Positions 20,246-30,922 of a DNA stretch of 46,248 nt are shown here, piece after piece. This DNA is from Chrysochromulina tobinii (taxonomy: Eukaryota): the NCBI GenBank assembly GCA_001275005.1, contig JWZX01002972.1:1-46248 (forward strand), read 5' to 3'. The notes beneath the pieces were generated by a model. That model was not told the origin of the DNA. It saw only the letters and a list, made by a program, of their open reading frames with translations, and searched no databases. A program made the position numbers and the translations under genes. Within the stretch, counting starts at the first letter, position 1. The number at the start of each line of letters is the position of its first letter.

Positions 20246-21150
20246 TCATTCCTCCATCTCCTCGTCCTCGGCCATGGCGTCGAACTTCTCGAGGGCGTCT
20301 TGCGTCGTGAACCAGAGTGTTTGCTCGATGCCCTCGACCATGCCCGCAGGGCAATCGAAGCGGCCGAAGTCGCCCGAAAGTGCCTTGGCCACCATGTCCG
20401 CGCGGCCGGCGCCCGCGGCCGAGACGAGGACCACCTTGGCCGCGCACATGACGTCCATCGTGACAGCGAGGAAATCGCCGTTCGCCCGCGCGTCATTGCC
20501 AGCGACCACAACCTTGCCCGTGCCGCTCGCCTTGATTTCGGGCGAGTCGGGGAAGAGGCATCCGACGTGGCCATCGGGGCCAGTGCCAAGAAGCATCATG
20601 TCGACAGACGGGATCGGGCCAGAGTTGTCGATGCTGGGGTTGCTTGCGAGCACTTTGCTGTACGATGCCGCGAGCTCAGCGGGCGTGCCCTTCGTATCGA
20701 CACCGTACACCTGCTTCTCGGGGATGCCGAGCTTCTTGGCGACCTCGAGCGCGCCGCTGTAGCACGGGAAAGATGGGATCTTCTCGTTGCACAAGAAGAG
20801 GTGCACTTTAGAGTAGTCGAGCGCATCTGGAGACAGACCCGCGATAGCTGTCACAACCGAGCCCCCCGGAATCGCGAGCGAGAAGCTGTCCTTCTCGGCA
20901 ATGCACGCCGCGCCGACGGCCGCGACTTCGTCACAAATCTCCTTTGCGTAGTCGCCATCGAAGACCTACACGCGAGAACGGCAGATTACAAGTTATGCGG
21001 ATGCATCAGAGGGTGCGGGTCTGGAAGATGACAAACCTGCACGGTCTTAATGTCCTTGGAGATCGAGAAATCGTCCACCAATGCCATGCGCGGAACGCCC
21101 ATGCGCGACGGCAGCACGAGTGCCGACACGAGGGAAAGGATAGCCAGCAT
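20246..21150 (-). CDS. PGL: 6-phosphogluconolactonase with bipartite (signal + transit) presequence; 2 exons (21150-21037, 20965-20246)
   Basis: Spliced product has FSLAIPGGS, VHLFLCNE, DMMLLGTGPDGHVGCLFP. N-terminus MLAILSLVSALVLPSRMGVPRM. Removing the GT-AG intron restores the frame (KTVQ|VFDGD). Confidence 0.92.
20966..21036 (-). other. 71-bp GT-AG spliceosomal intron (phase 0) in PGL
   Basis: CAG|GTTTGT...CGTGTAG|GTC joins the two ORFs in frame. Confidence 0.88.
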
Positions 21151-21520
21151 GTTGATCACCGCTCCGGAGATAAGTTCATAAGACTCTTTGGGCGCGAATT
21201 CAGTCACAACACGACGCCTGTTTCTTTCTGAGGTTGCAGGTTCGCACACGTCCAGCCTTGACCTTGACATGTGAAATTGAACACATAATTACAAACATCC
21301 CGTCAGCGCACTGGGCTACGTCTACATGGGGGCGGGCGCCGCGGATGTGCAGGAGTGCATGGTCATGGTTGCGTGCGCTGAGGTTGAATCTTCGGTGGCA
21401 TTGCACCCACAATAGGATAGCTGACGCCACATGAGATCCTTTTCGTTCGGTGTCGTCGCCATCACCCTCGGCTGCTTTGCTCTTCGCCATTCTCCTTTTG
21501 CCAAAAGTTACTTCGACAAG

Positions 21521-22357
21521 TTACTTTTGGTTCACGTCGCCACCACCGACCTGCTTAATGGCGCCAGCTATGAGCAGATAGAACCACCAAACATTCATCA
21601 TCGACGGGATGGGCACAGTGATGAGGCCGACGATGCGCTCGAGGGGCGTGTATCCGCAGCCCGGCAGTACGAGGAGCTCATAGTATACGTATGCCACCCA
21701 CGGCATGACGACTATGCGGCACGCGGCGAATAGGACGATCCACGTAATTCCAATGGGCAAGCTAAGGGTATGCTGGATGGGCAAGGCGTTGTAGATGTTG
21801 TAGATGTTCTGGCCGATGTTCGAGAGTTCCGTTGTGAGTAGCTGGACCACAAAAAAGACACTCCGATCGACAAGGACGCAGTACGGCCACACGACCAAGG
21901 AGATGATGTGGTGCACTAATAGGAGCACGGTCAATGAACCACCGAGCACGTCGCGGTACGTCTTCGATACAGCCAGCAGTGACATGTCGAAGACAAAGAA
22001 GCCGCACACCGCGCCTGTTGTCATGACAATGGTGAGACTTGAAGTCACCATCGCCAAGTTGACCTCGCCTGCACTCGCAGTCCTGCAATCTATTGTCGGA
22101 ACCATTGGAGATAGGATGTCGTAGAGGGCAAAAAGAGAGAGCGGTGTGGACACGATCGAGTTCAGTGTCCCCACAGCATTTGAGCAGAAGGATACACGTT
22201 TCTCGGCGGTCCAGTCCGAAACGAATCGCGATGCCACATGGTAAGTGATGGTGCACGCGACAAAAAATAGAACTGCTGCCATTCCACACGCGTATAGCCG
22301 CTGTAGGGAATGCAGCGGCGAGAGATAATGGTTGTTGTGTGGAACGTTCTCGATCAT
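21521..22357 (-). CDS. TLC (TRAM/LAG1/CLN8) domain membrane protein, TMEM56-like
   Basis: GFFVFDM, LVHHII, TELSN, FAACRI and MNVWWF motifs with 5-6 TM helices. Start uncertain (22408, 22357 or 22282); the longer ORF-track N-terminus runs through a repeat. Confidence 0.85.
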   Translation of the reverse strand: MIENVPHNNHYLSPLHSLQRLYACGMAAVLFFVACTITYHVASRFVSDWTAEKRVSFCSNAVGTLNSIVSTPLSLFALYDILSPMVPTIDCRTASAGEVNLAMVTSSLTIVMTTGAVCGFFVFDMSLLAVSKTYRDVLGGSLTVLLLVHHIISLVVWPYCVLVDRSVFFVVQLLTTELSNIGQNIYNIYNALPIQHTLSLPIGITWIVLFAACRIVVMPWVAYVYYELLVLPGCGYTPLERIVGLITVPIPSMMNVWWFYLLIAGAIKQVGGGDVNQK

Positions 22358-22648
22358 CGTGTCAAAGGCCACGAATTGCAAAGGCCATCTAAATTGAAAG
22401 GTCACCATGAGTGAACAATCGACGCGATGCTGGAGAGTGAACACGCACACGCGCTCGCGACACTTTGAAAGGCGTGGAGTTTCTCGTGAATAGGAAGAAA
22501 GGAAGTGGTTGTTTTTTCGTGCGACCCCGAAAGTGTCCCGCTTCTCCCGGTGTTTAACTTGTCCGGTATCGGCTGTCCGGGGTTGTGGCTGAGTCGGCCT
22601 CCGCGGATTCGTTCGCGCGGTGTGCGAGCGTTGGGGGGACGTTGGGAT

Positions 22649-22851
22649 GGTTCTGAGGTTTGTGTTTTTGTGTGTGTGATCCGTGTGATCTGTGTGTCCC
22701 CGTGTGTCCCGGGTGTGTTCCGGCTCCCCCGGTGTCTTTTTACCGGTACGGTAAAAATACTCCGGTAAAAAGACACCGGGGGGAGCCGGGACACACACGG
22801 GACACACGGGACACGCGGACGCACAAAGGCACACAGACGAATCTCACAACC
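22649..22851. repeat. ~200-bp foldback palindrome (MITE/foldback-like)
   Basis: Perfect 21-bp inner arms 22726-22746 / 22762-22782 around a 15-nt loop, near-perfect out to 22694/22814 and degenerate out to 22649/22851. Arms are built from GTGTGTCCC subrepeats. Confidence 0.88.
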
Positions 22852-22940
22852 AACCAAACCCACCAACAACACACACCCCGCACGTCAGCGCGGTAATAAG
22901 TTTCATCCACACACGAAAAGGACACACATGGGTTTGCAAC

Positions 22941-24071
22941 ATGGGTTGCGCCGGCTCGAAGATTGACGAGGAGTCGAAAGAGATCGAGGACAAGGCGAAG
23001 CAGATGTACGCCCATGGCAAATTTGAAGAGGCGGCGCCGCTGTTCCGGGACTTGCTCGAGGTAAGGCGCACACAACTCGGCGTTCAGCACAGTCGAACTA
23101 TCGCCTCAATGAATAATCTGGGCATGCTGTTGAAGTCGCAAGGCAAGCTCGACGAGGCGGAGCTGTTAGTCAGGGAGGCGCTCGATGTGCGCCGCGCGAC
23201 GCTTGGCGATCGACATCCTGACACTTTGATGTCCATCAACAATTTGGCTCTGCTGTTGAAGGCTCAGGGCAAGCTCGACCAGGCGGCTCCGCTGTTCCAG
23301 GAGGCGCTCGAGGCGAGTCGTGCGACCCTCGGTGATCTGCATGCGAACACACTTACAACCATGAACAATTTAGGCATGCTGTTGCACGCCCAGGGAAGGT
23401 TTGACGAGGGGGCGTTAGTGCTCCGGCATGAGCTCGAAGCACGCCGTGTTACGATAGGCGATCGGCACGTCCAGACACTCACTGCCCTCAATGATCTGGG
23501 GCTCGTGTTGAAGGAACAGAATAAGCTGGACGAGGCGGCGCCGCTGCTTCGCGAAGCGCTCGAGGCGAGCCGTGCGGCTCTCGGCGATCGCCACCTTGAC
23601 ACGCTCACGTGCATTAACAACCTTGGCTCGCTTGTTCAGGCCCAGGGTCAGGTTGAGGAGGCGACGCTACTGTTTCGGGAGGTGCTTGAGGCGCGCCGCG
23701 CGACACTCGGAAATCGGCACTCTGATACTCTCCACACTATGAACACTTTGGGCATGCTGTTGCAGGACCAAGGCCAGTTCGACGCAGCAGCGCCGTTGTT
23801 CTGGGAGGCGCTCCAAGGGGCGCGTGCAACGCTCGGCGAGCGCGATCCTGCCACTCAAGCCTACATCAACAGTCTGGGCATGATGTTGCTAGCCCAGGGC
23901 AAGCTCGACGAGGCCGCGTCTCTTCGCCAGGAGCTTGGCCTCGGGCCGCTCGACGAGGCTGAGCTCTTTTGCGTGTCGGCCGCGGCTGCGCCACCCGTAA
24001 CACTGAATTGCAACTCGACTTTGGACTGCGGCTCGGTCGGCTCTGATCAAGTAGAGAAATACGCAGAATAA
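22941..24071 (+). CDS. Kinesin-light-chain-type 42-aa TPR repeat protein with N-terminal acylation motif
   Basis: About 8 repeats of QGKLDEAxPLxREALExxRATLGDRHxDTLxxxNNLGxLL; starts MGCAGSK. Confidence 0.93.
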   Translation: MGCAGSKIDEESKEIEDKAKQMYAHGKFEEAAPLFRDLLEVRRTQLGVQHSRTIASMNNLGMLLKSQGKLDEAELLVREALDVRRATLGDRHPDTLMSINNLALLLKAQGKLDQAAPLFQEALEASRATLGDLHANTLTTMNNLGMLLHAQGRFDEGALVLRHELEARRVTIGDRHVQTLTALNDLGLVLKEQNKLDEAAPLLREALEASRAALGDRHLDTLTCINNLGSLVQAQGQVEEATLLFREVLEARRATLGNRHSDTLHTMNTLGMLLQDQGQFDAAAPLFWEALQGARATLGERDPATQAYINSLGMMLLAQGKLDEAASLRQELGLGPLDEAELFCVSAAAAPPVTLNCNSTLDCGSVGSDQVEKYAE

Positions 24072-24109
24072 CTTCTTCAAATGCTTCAAAATAACGCTTA
24101 GAACGACGA

Positions 24110-24700
24110 CTAGCCCCCCCGCCCCGCGCCTCGCCCGGGGCGCCGCCGCGGGTCTGATACACACCGCACGCTCCCACGCCAGCACGGCGCCGGTAGGCGC
24201 CGGCGGAAGTCCAGCGTCCCCGACCGCGCACCGCTCCGCGACCCGCCGCGGGGCGCGCGCCGGTCGTCGGGACCCGAGCACCGTTCAGGCCACACACCTC
24301 ACACACGCACACAAAGACGTTGCAAACACCCCCCTTCGAGCACACACGAGGGCACACCTCATGCATCTTGCACAGCATCGACTGCCGCGCAAGGCCACAC
24401 ACCGCACTCATCGCCTCCCTCTCTCGCGCGCGCACCGCTGCGCCGAACGAATTATCTACTATCTACTATATGTGGAACCCGCACCCGCACACGCGCGCAG
24501 GACGGCGACCACAGCTGCTGTTCGCAGCAGGTGGTGATGCGCACCCCGCCACAGCAATGGTCGGAGTGCGCTGCCGCATATGAGCTTCACCACACCCTTC
24601 ACGGGCCATGGCACTCGGCAGGGCTCACACTCGTCGCGCTCGCGACCAACCTCTTTATAGCCAGCGACAGCCGACGACCGTCGCACTGCGCCTTGACCGA
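24110..24700 (-). mobile_element. Possible non-autonomous Helitron-like element
   Basis: Minus strand ends in a GC hairpin (24121-24141), a 7-nt spacer, then CTAG|T. A candidate A|TC 5' end lies at 24700. The motifs are short and could be chance. Confidence 0.3.
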
Positions 24701-25688
24701 TTAGCAGATGGGGAGCGCTGCGGTGAACTCTGGTAAGATGTCACTGCACCGGTCGGTCTCGTCATCCATGTCGTCTTCCTCCTGCAGCTCCTCGTGAGCC
24801 TCCAGCAGTCGGTACGCAGCGCTCGCCACTAACTCGTTCGGGTCTGTGCAACGGCAGCGGAGAGCGCCGGCAACCCGCGGCGCCAGGATGGCGTCCGGTG
24901 CGATCCACGCCTGTAGCACGGCGATGCCTGCCCGGCGCACAAGGTCGTCGGGGTCGATTGAGGCTCGCGAGCACCGCGTCGACGGCGAAAGTAGCACGGT
25001 AGAGCAACCGCTCGGTGTGAGTGGCCGAGAATTGGCGCAACGTGCGCAGCGCACGCAGGCGCACCTCGACGTGCACGCTTGACGCGAGGCGAACAAGCGC
25101 GAGATCGTGATGAGCAATCGCTGCCAGCGGCAGCGATGAGCACCGGAGCACGGCGATCTCGCGCGTGGCGCGGTTCTCCGAGGAGAGCTTCTCGATCACG
25201 CGCGCCGCGAGCCATGCCTGGCACTCGAGCGTGTGCAGCCGGCGCGTCACGCTGAAGCTTTCGCTGTTGCAGCTCGCGCTCAGCTGCGGCTCTTCGGGCT
25301 GGAGTTCGAAGCCAATGCGCTCAGCAGCGAGGGTGGCGGCGTGGGGAATGCAGGATTGCAGGAAGCGGCATGTGAGAGCGACTGAGCAGAGGTCATCGGC
25401 ACTTAGGTGGCCGAGAATGCGCTCAGCGAGCGGCATAGGCAGCTCGGCAAGAGGCAAGCGTGTGACGAGCAGCTCTGGCACCGGCGGGGTTGTGCATCGT
25501 CCCATGGCTGAGAGTGCCTTCTCTACGGTGGTAAGCAGCACCTGCTTCAGCCCCGCAGTGAGCGTGGAGGGCGAGGCAGCCTCTCGTCGATAGCGCCGGC
25601 GCGCTGGCGACGCGAGGATTGAGGAGGCGAGCGAGTAGTCGGCCAGGAGGCGCGGCGAATACGGCGAATCGGGCGCCGGGCGAGTCAT
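24701..25688 (-). CDS. F-box + HEAT-repeat protein, interrupted by a +1 frameshift at ~24959
   Basis: F-box LAELPMPLAERILGHLSADDLCSVALTCR; HEAT-like LSSENRATRE, LASSVHVEVR, then after skipping one base LASL-IDPDDLVRRA and CTDPNELVASAA. Confidence 0.78.
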
Positions 25689-26086
25689 AATGCAAGTGGA
25701 CTGGATGACTGATGTCGCAGAACGCCTCTTCGCGTCGAAGGCCAATAATTCGCGCGCGGCGTTGAGGATGAAAATATATAAGCGCTTGCTTTTGGAACGA
25801 CTAGATCGCGCGATTACTTTTTACTCCGAGTCGTGTGTTAGAAATCACACAGACAGGCGCGCATCGAGGATTGCATCGAACGCACGGTCTACACGGCGCT
25901 TCAAGTCAAGTCAAGTCCATACAGAAACAACAGACAACCATTTATCGTGCGTCTTCAGCAGCGGGCGAGTCGTGTCTTCACAGAGAATGAAGATTTGGTT
26001 GCAGGTCTTCTCGGAGTCTCGTTTCGCTGTTCACAAGAATCCCAAAAGTTGCGGGCGACGTGTCGATCGTCTCCACGACGCTGAAG

Positions 26087-28421
26087 ATGGTCGCGCTCGG
26101 CGATGCTGGTGCCGAGCGCTCATCGACGCGTCGGCTGCACGTTGGCGGCCTTTCGCCTGACGTGCTAGAGACAGACGTGGCTCAGCTGTTTGCGCCGTTT
26201 GGCAAGGTGCGCACTGTCGAGCTCGTTCGCGACGCTGAGACGGCAGGTTGCAGGGGCTTCGCATACGTCAGTCTCGAAGCTACTGATGAGCAGGTCAACA
26301 AGTGCTTCAAGGATTACGCACGGGCAAAGTGGCGCGGCCGCCAGCTGACGGTTGCACAAGCTCGCCCAAGCTATCTCGAGCGACTGCAGGCCGAATGGGA
26401 TGAGCGACTGCAGGCCGAGGTCGATACAGCTGAGAAGTTGGCCGCTGTCCCTGAATGGCAAGGGGCGACTGCGCCTGCATCCGAATGGACGGAGCTCTCC
26501 GTGCGACGTGGCTACGCGGCGCCGCTGATTGTCGTGAAACCCGGCGTCACTAACCAGCATTGCTGGTCACCGAAAGGCGGACCTTTGCTTAAACCATCGG
26601 CAACTTCACATTCACAGTCCCAGCAGCCACACGCAGCAACGTCAGAGGATGAGGAGGAGCTGGAGGCGGCAGTAACAGCAACGGTGCAGCGGCGAGACAT
26701 GAAGAGCGTGAGACTCGAGACTGCGCCACCACTGAAGAGTGTTCTGAAGCCCACTTCGAGCCGGTTGGCCGCGCCGAAGGCCAGCCATCAACCGTAGCCT
26801 CCTTCGCGCCGATTTGGCAGCTGAGCTCGATGAGGAGTTGGCGGAAGCGGCGGGTCTGGACGTGCAACTGCTCGCAGCAGCACTTCCAGCCCGGCGCGCG
26901 TTTGGGGTTGTGCGCGGTGCAGTTCTGGGCGCAGTCGGCAGAGGCCGGGAGTTTGAGGAAAATGCTGAGGACGACGAGGAAGACGAGGACGACGCGCGGG
27001 AGGCCGAGGAGAGCGAGGACGACACAGCACAGCCATGGGTTGATCAGGGAGAGGAGGACGAGGAGGACGAGCAGGTGGACGATCGGGAGGAGGAGGAGCA
27101 GCGTGAGGAGGAGGAGGCAGAGGCGGACGAAAACGCAGAGGCGGAGGGCAAGGCGGATGAGCATTATGGAGACGACGAGGGCATCACCACTGAAGAAACA
27201 GACATGGCACTCAGTGTGCTCGCCTCCCTTCTACGTCCCAAGCCAGCCGCCAAGGCCATCAAGCCGGCGACCGGCGACAAGGGAGCGCCGACCAAGCGGC
27301 CTCTAAGCGATCAGCCAAGTCCAGAGGCGCCTAGAGGCGTCAGAAAGGGCACGCCGAGCAGCGGCAGCGGGAGCGCTGGTGGCGGGATCGTTGGCACCGC
27401 CGCGGCGCCCGTTGAGCGCAGCCGTACGCTCACTGTGGCAGAGCAGGCGGCCGAGGAGCGAAAGGCGCGATACGGCCAGTGGGCAAGCTCGAAAGTCTGG
27501 CAAGTCGGGGCTCGTTTCGACCCGTCTGCGGTCATTGACGAACCCGAGCCCTTTGAGTTTCCACACTTATCAGGTGTCGGCAAGCAAAAGGCGGTGCTGT
27601 CTTCGGGTAGGTCCGAGGCCGAGGAGCCGCCCAAGGCAAAGAAGGCCAAGGAGCCGCCAAAGGGGAAGCAAAAGGCAGCATCGCCGGTTGAGGAGGCCCC
27701 GGCCAGCCTGCGAAGCAGCTCGGCTTCCGGACCAACGCATCAGGGCCCCGACGCTAACGTGCCGCCTAAGCGCAAGGAAGTTGCTGCTGTCGGAGCCCGG
27801 CGCTCAACCCGCGCCAAGGAGCCGAAGCCCGAACCAGAGCCGGAGCCAGAGCCGAAACCGGAGCCGCCCAAGAAGAAGGCCAAGGGTGGCAAGGCCGAAC
27901 CTCAACCAGAATGTGAGGACAAGCCTAGTGGCGATGGCGATGGGGATGGGGTTAGTTATGACGACGATGCTGGCGACGGCCACGGCAAAGGTTGCAGCGA
28001 CTCCGCAGGATCCGGCGCGTCGAAGATTGTCGATGTGAAAGGAGGTGGCTCACTCCGATCACTCTTCCTCGGCGCAGCGAGTACCGCCGGTTTCTCGCTC
28101 ATGGGCAGTGGCTTCTCATTTGGCGGTGCGTTCGACGGCGGCGAGGCAGCAACGACACTGGCCACTCCTGCTATCTCCGAGGCCTTTGCCGCTCCCTCTT
28201 TCGACAGCACGGCTCCGTGGACGACAGCGGAGGTTTGGGCAGCCCCGCCCATGCAGGCGTTCATGCGCAAGGCATCGGAGGAGGATTTGCGTGAGAACTG
28301 GGTCGCGGGGCGGCGCGACGCTCGGTCGGCGTACAAAAAGCGTCATCAGGACGCGGTGCGTCAGCAAAAGCTTCTCCACGGGCAGCGGAGAGGGCGAAGT
28401 ATGCGTAGCAATTCAAGTTAG
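26087..28421 (+). CDS. NOL8: Nucleolar protein 8-like (N-terminal RRM, acidic middle, conserved C-terminus); +1 frame break at ~26748-26794
   Basis: RLHVGGL...RGFAYVSL...KC...KWRGRQLTVAQARPSYLERLQAE matches the NOL8 RRM pattern; the downstream ORF ends FMRK....NW...R...YKKRHQDAVR like the NOL8 C-terminus. Confidence 0.8.
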
Positions 28422-28940
28422 TACGTATGCCGCGCATCGCTGTTGACTGTTGAGCTCGCCGGCGCGCTCGGCGGTCGGCTCCGACGACACGCTATGAGCG
28501 CTCGGCTGTACGGCCGTCCTCCGCCCGGACGCCCGCGCGGTCCCGGGCCGGCGTGGTCCCCCGGGCGAGCCTCGTAAGCCTGCGGCCTGGTAATCCTATC
28601 TAGTAGATCCCTCCCCCGTCCGGGGGCGAGTCTCCGTCGAAATTCATCGAGCTCAACAAAACCGTGTCAAAAAAAAATCACGGTGGGCCCCTCACCGCCC
28701 AAATTTGCCCTCCACGTCTATGCACGTCACTGGTGCCTTCAGACACTTATTCGGATTTCCCCTCCCGCCTCCCCCCCCCGACCTAATGCACTACCTGCCG
28801 ATGGATGTTAGCCGCAGCTCACTTTTCGAGCTCGAGTCGGGGATGTGCATGTCGAGAGGAGATGCTCGAGCCCCGAGCCACAGCATTGCATGGCGTAGGC
28901 ATGGCGAGCCACCCACACGGCCGACTGGTGCACACGATGG

Positions 28941-30749
28941 TTAGTGGTGGAAGAGGCGAAGGCCAGAGAAGGCCATCGCCATCTTGTACTCGTTGGCGGC
29001 GGCGATCACCTCTTCGTCGGCCACGGAGCCGCCTGCAGCGACGACGTAGGAGACGCCACGAGTGGAGGCCACGTCGATCGAGTCACGGAAGGGGAAGAAG
29101 GCGTCCGAGGCGAGCGAGACTCCGGTGAGCGTCTGCATGAACTCGGCCTTCTCGGAGAGCGTGAGAGGCTCGGGCTCCTCGTCGAACTGCGCCTTCCACA
29201 TCGCATACTCGGTTGGGGGCATGTCGCCCTCGATGTAGCGCACGCGCGCGTTGATGCGCTCCTGCCGCTTGACGCCTTCCTTGAACTTGAGGGCACGCAC
29301 CTTGGGGTGTTGGCGCAGATACCACGTCTCCACCTTGCGACCCGCAAGCTTGACGCAATCGACGCGGCTCTGCTGGCCCGCACCAACGCCCACCATCTGA
29401 CCGTCCTTCGCGTACCCGACCGAATTAGACTGCGTGTATTTGATGGCGATCTGGGCGACGAGGAGGTCGCGCTTCGCCTCGGCGGGCAGCTCCTTGAGGC
29501 TCGTCACCACATTGGTCAGCGTCGCGTCGCTCACCGCCTCGGCCGCGCGCCGCTGCACCATCTTGACACCAAAGACGGTGCGCTCCTCGAAGAGCGGCGG
29601 CTCGAAGGCCGGGTCGGCCTGCAGCACAATGTATGCGCCATTCTTCTTGGCGCGCAGGATCTCGAGGGCGGCTGGCTCGAAGCCGCCGGCGATGATGCCA
29701 TCCGAGACCTCGATCTTGAGCAGCTGCGCAGTCGACAGGTCGACAACACCCGAGATGGCGACAAAGTCGCCAAAGGAGCAGAGAGGATCCGCCTGGCGCG
29801 AGCGCAGGTACGCAATGGCAGTGGGCGAGAGGTCCTTGCCGGTCGCCTCGTACACGGCGAGCATCTCCTCACTAACGGGCGCGTACACGGCGGCGCCCGC
29901 CGGCGAGACGTGCTTAAACGAGGCCGCGGCGGGCAGTCCGGTAGCCACCGCAAGCTCGCGCACGAGCTGCCACGCGTTGAGCGCATCAAGCAGATTGATC
30001 CAGCCGGGCACGCCCGAGAGCACATCAAAGGGCATCGGCTGCGGGCCCGAGGGCGAGAGAAGCCCGCGCACACTTGCAGGCTTCTGTTGCGGGTTGCAGC
30101 CGTACTTGAGGGTGGTGACGCCGTTGCGGCCGGTGCCCGTTTGGCCCTGGAACCAGGTGGCAACACCCTCATCGTATGTGGCCGTGTGCGAGAAGGCGCG
30201 GGCCGCCAGCCGCTTGCGCTCCTCAAGCGTCGGCCCCGCCGGCAGCGACGCGATGATGGCAGCATAGTCGGCTGGCTGCACCACAACGCTCACACGCGCG
30301 TGGTTCTTGGCCGCGGCGCGCACCATCGTGGGCCCGCCGATGTCGATGTTCTCCACGCATTCGTCGTACGGTGCGCCCTTGGCCACGGTCGCGCTGAACG
30401 GGTACAGGTTGACCACGACAAGGTCGATGGGCGCGCCGCCGATCTGCTCGAGCTGCTTATCGTCTTCAAAGCCGGGAAGCTCGCGCATGAGGATGCCGCC
30501 GTGCACGCGCGGATGCAGGGTCTTGACGCGGCCGTCCATGATCTCGGGCGAGTTTGTGAACTCGGACACGTCCTTGACTGGCAGCCCTGCCTCGCGGATG
30601 GCCTTGGCGGTGCCGCCAGTGGACAGCATCTCGACGCCGTGCTTCGCGAGCGCAGTTGCGAGCTCGATGAGCCCCGCCTTGTCGGATACGGAGAGCAGCG
30701 CGCGGCGCACTGAGAAGGGAGTCGTCGGTGGTGGCGTCGCGTCCGCCAT
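28941..30749 (-). CDS. ATIC: Bifunctional AICAR transformylase / IMP cyclohydrolase
   Basis: [79 protein letters not shown]. Confidence 0.99.
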   Translation of the reverse strand: MADATPPPTTPFSVRRALLSVSDKAGLIELATALAKHGVEMLSTGGTAKAIREAGLPVKDVSEFTNSPEIMDGRVKTLHPRVHGGILMRELPGFEDDKQLEQIGGAPIDLVVVNLYPFSATVAKGAPYDECVENIDIGGPTMVRAAAKNHARVSVVVQPADYAAIIASLPAGPTLEERKRLAARAFSHTATYDEGVATWFQGQTGTGRNGVTTLKYGCNPQQKPASVRGLLSPSGPQPMPFDVLSGVPGWINLLDALNAWQLVRELAVATGLPAAASFKHVSPAGAAVYAPVSEEMLAVYEATGKDLSPTAIAYLRSRQADPLCSFGDFVAISGVVDLSTAQLLKIEVSDGIIAGGFEPAALEILRAKKNGAYIVLQADPAFEPPLFEERTVFGVKMVQRRAAEAVSDATLTNVVTSLKELPAEAKRDLLVAQIAIKYTQSNSVGYAKDGQMVGVGAGQQSRVDCVKLAGRKVETWYLRQHPKVRALKFKEGVKRQERINARVRYIEGDMPPTEYAMWKAQFDEEPEPLTLSEKAEFMQTLTGVSLASDAFFPFRDSIDVASTRGVSYVVAAGGSVADEEVIAAANEYKMAMAFSGLRLFHH

Positions 30750-30922
30750 CTTTACCCCAGGCCGATGAAGAGATCGATCTCGGCACGTCGCGGAAGTGCA
30801 AGCCTCCGCGTTGCGCGACTTTCGAGCCCCTGTTTTCCCAATTCACACGTCGCACTTCTTCTTCGCCAAGGGCCGCCGCCTTCGCTGTCCGCCCGCGCCG
30901 ATCGCGCTGGCTGCCTGAAGCC
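30750..30922. promoter_or_regulatory. 173-bp divergent intergenic region, probable bidirectional promoter (ATIC/PSMB5)
   Basis: Head-to-head ATGs at 30749(-) and 30923(+). Confidence 0.6.

Noticed and set aside
22409..22834. ORF-track N-terminal extension of the TLC gene and overlapping small ORFs
   Set aside because: Non-ATG start running through the foldback palindrome; low-complexity translation.
28590..28630. CTAG next to a CCCCC/GGGGG hairpin as a second Helitron end
   Set aside because: On the strand with the hairpin upstream, CTAG is followed by A rather than T, and no 5' end can be identified.
28944..30713. 589-aa antisense ORF over ATIC, and similar long antisense or alternative-frame ORFs over the golgin, ABCF, EEP and filamin genes
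   Set aside because: Expected shadows of high-GC3 codon usage; no recognisable domains.
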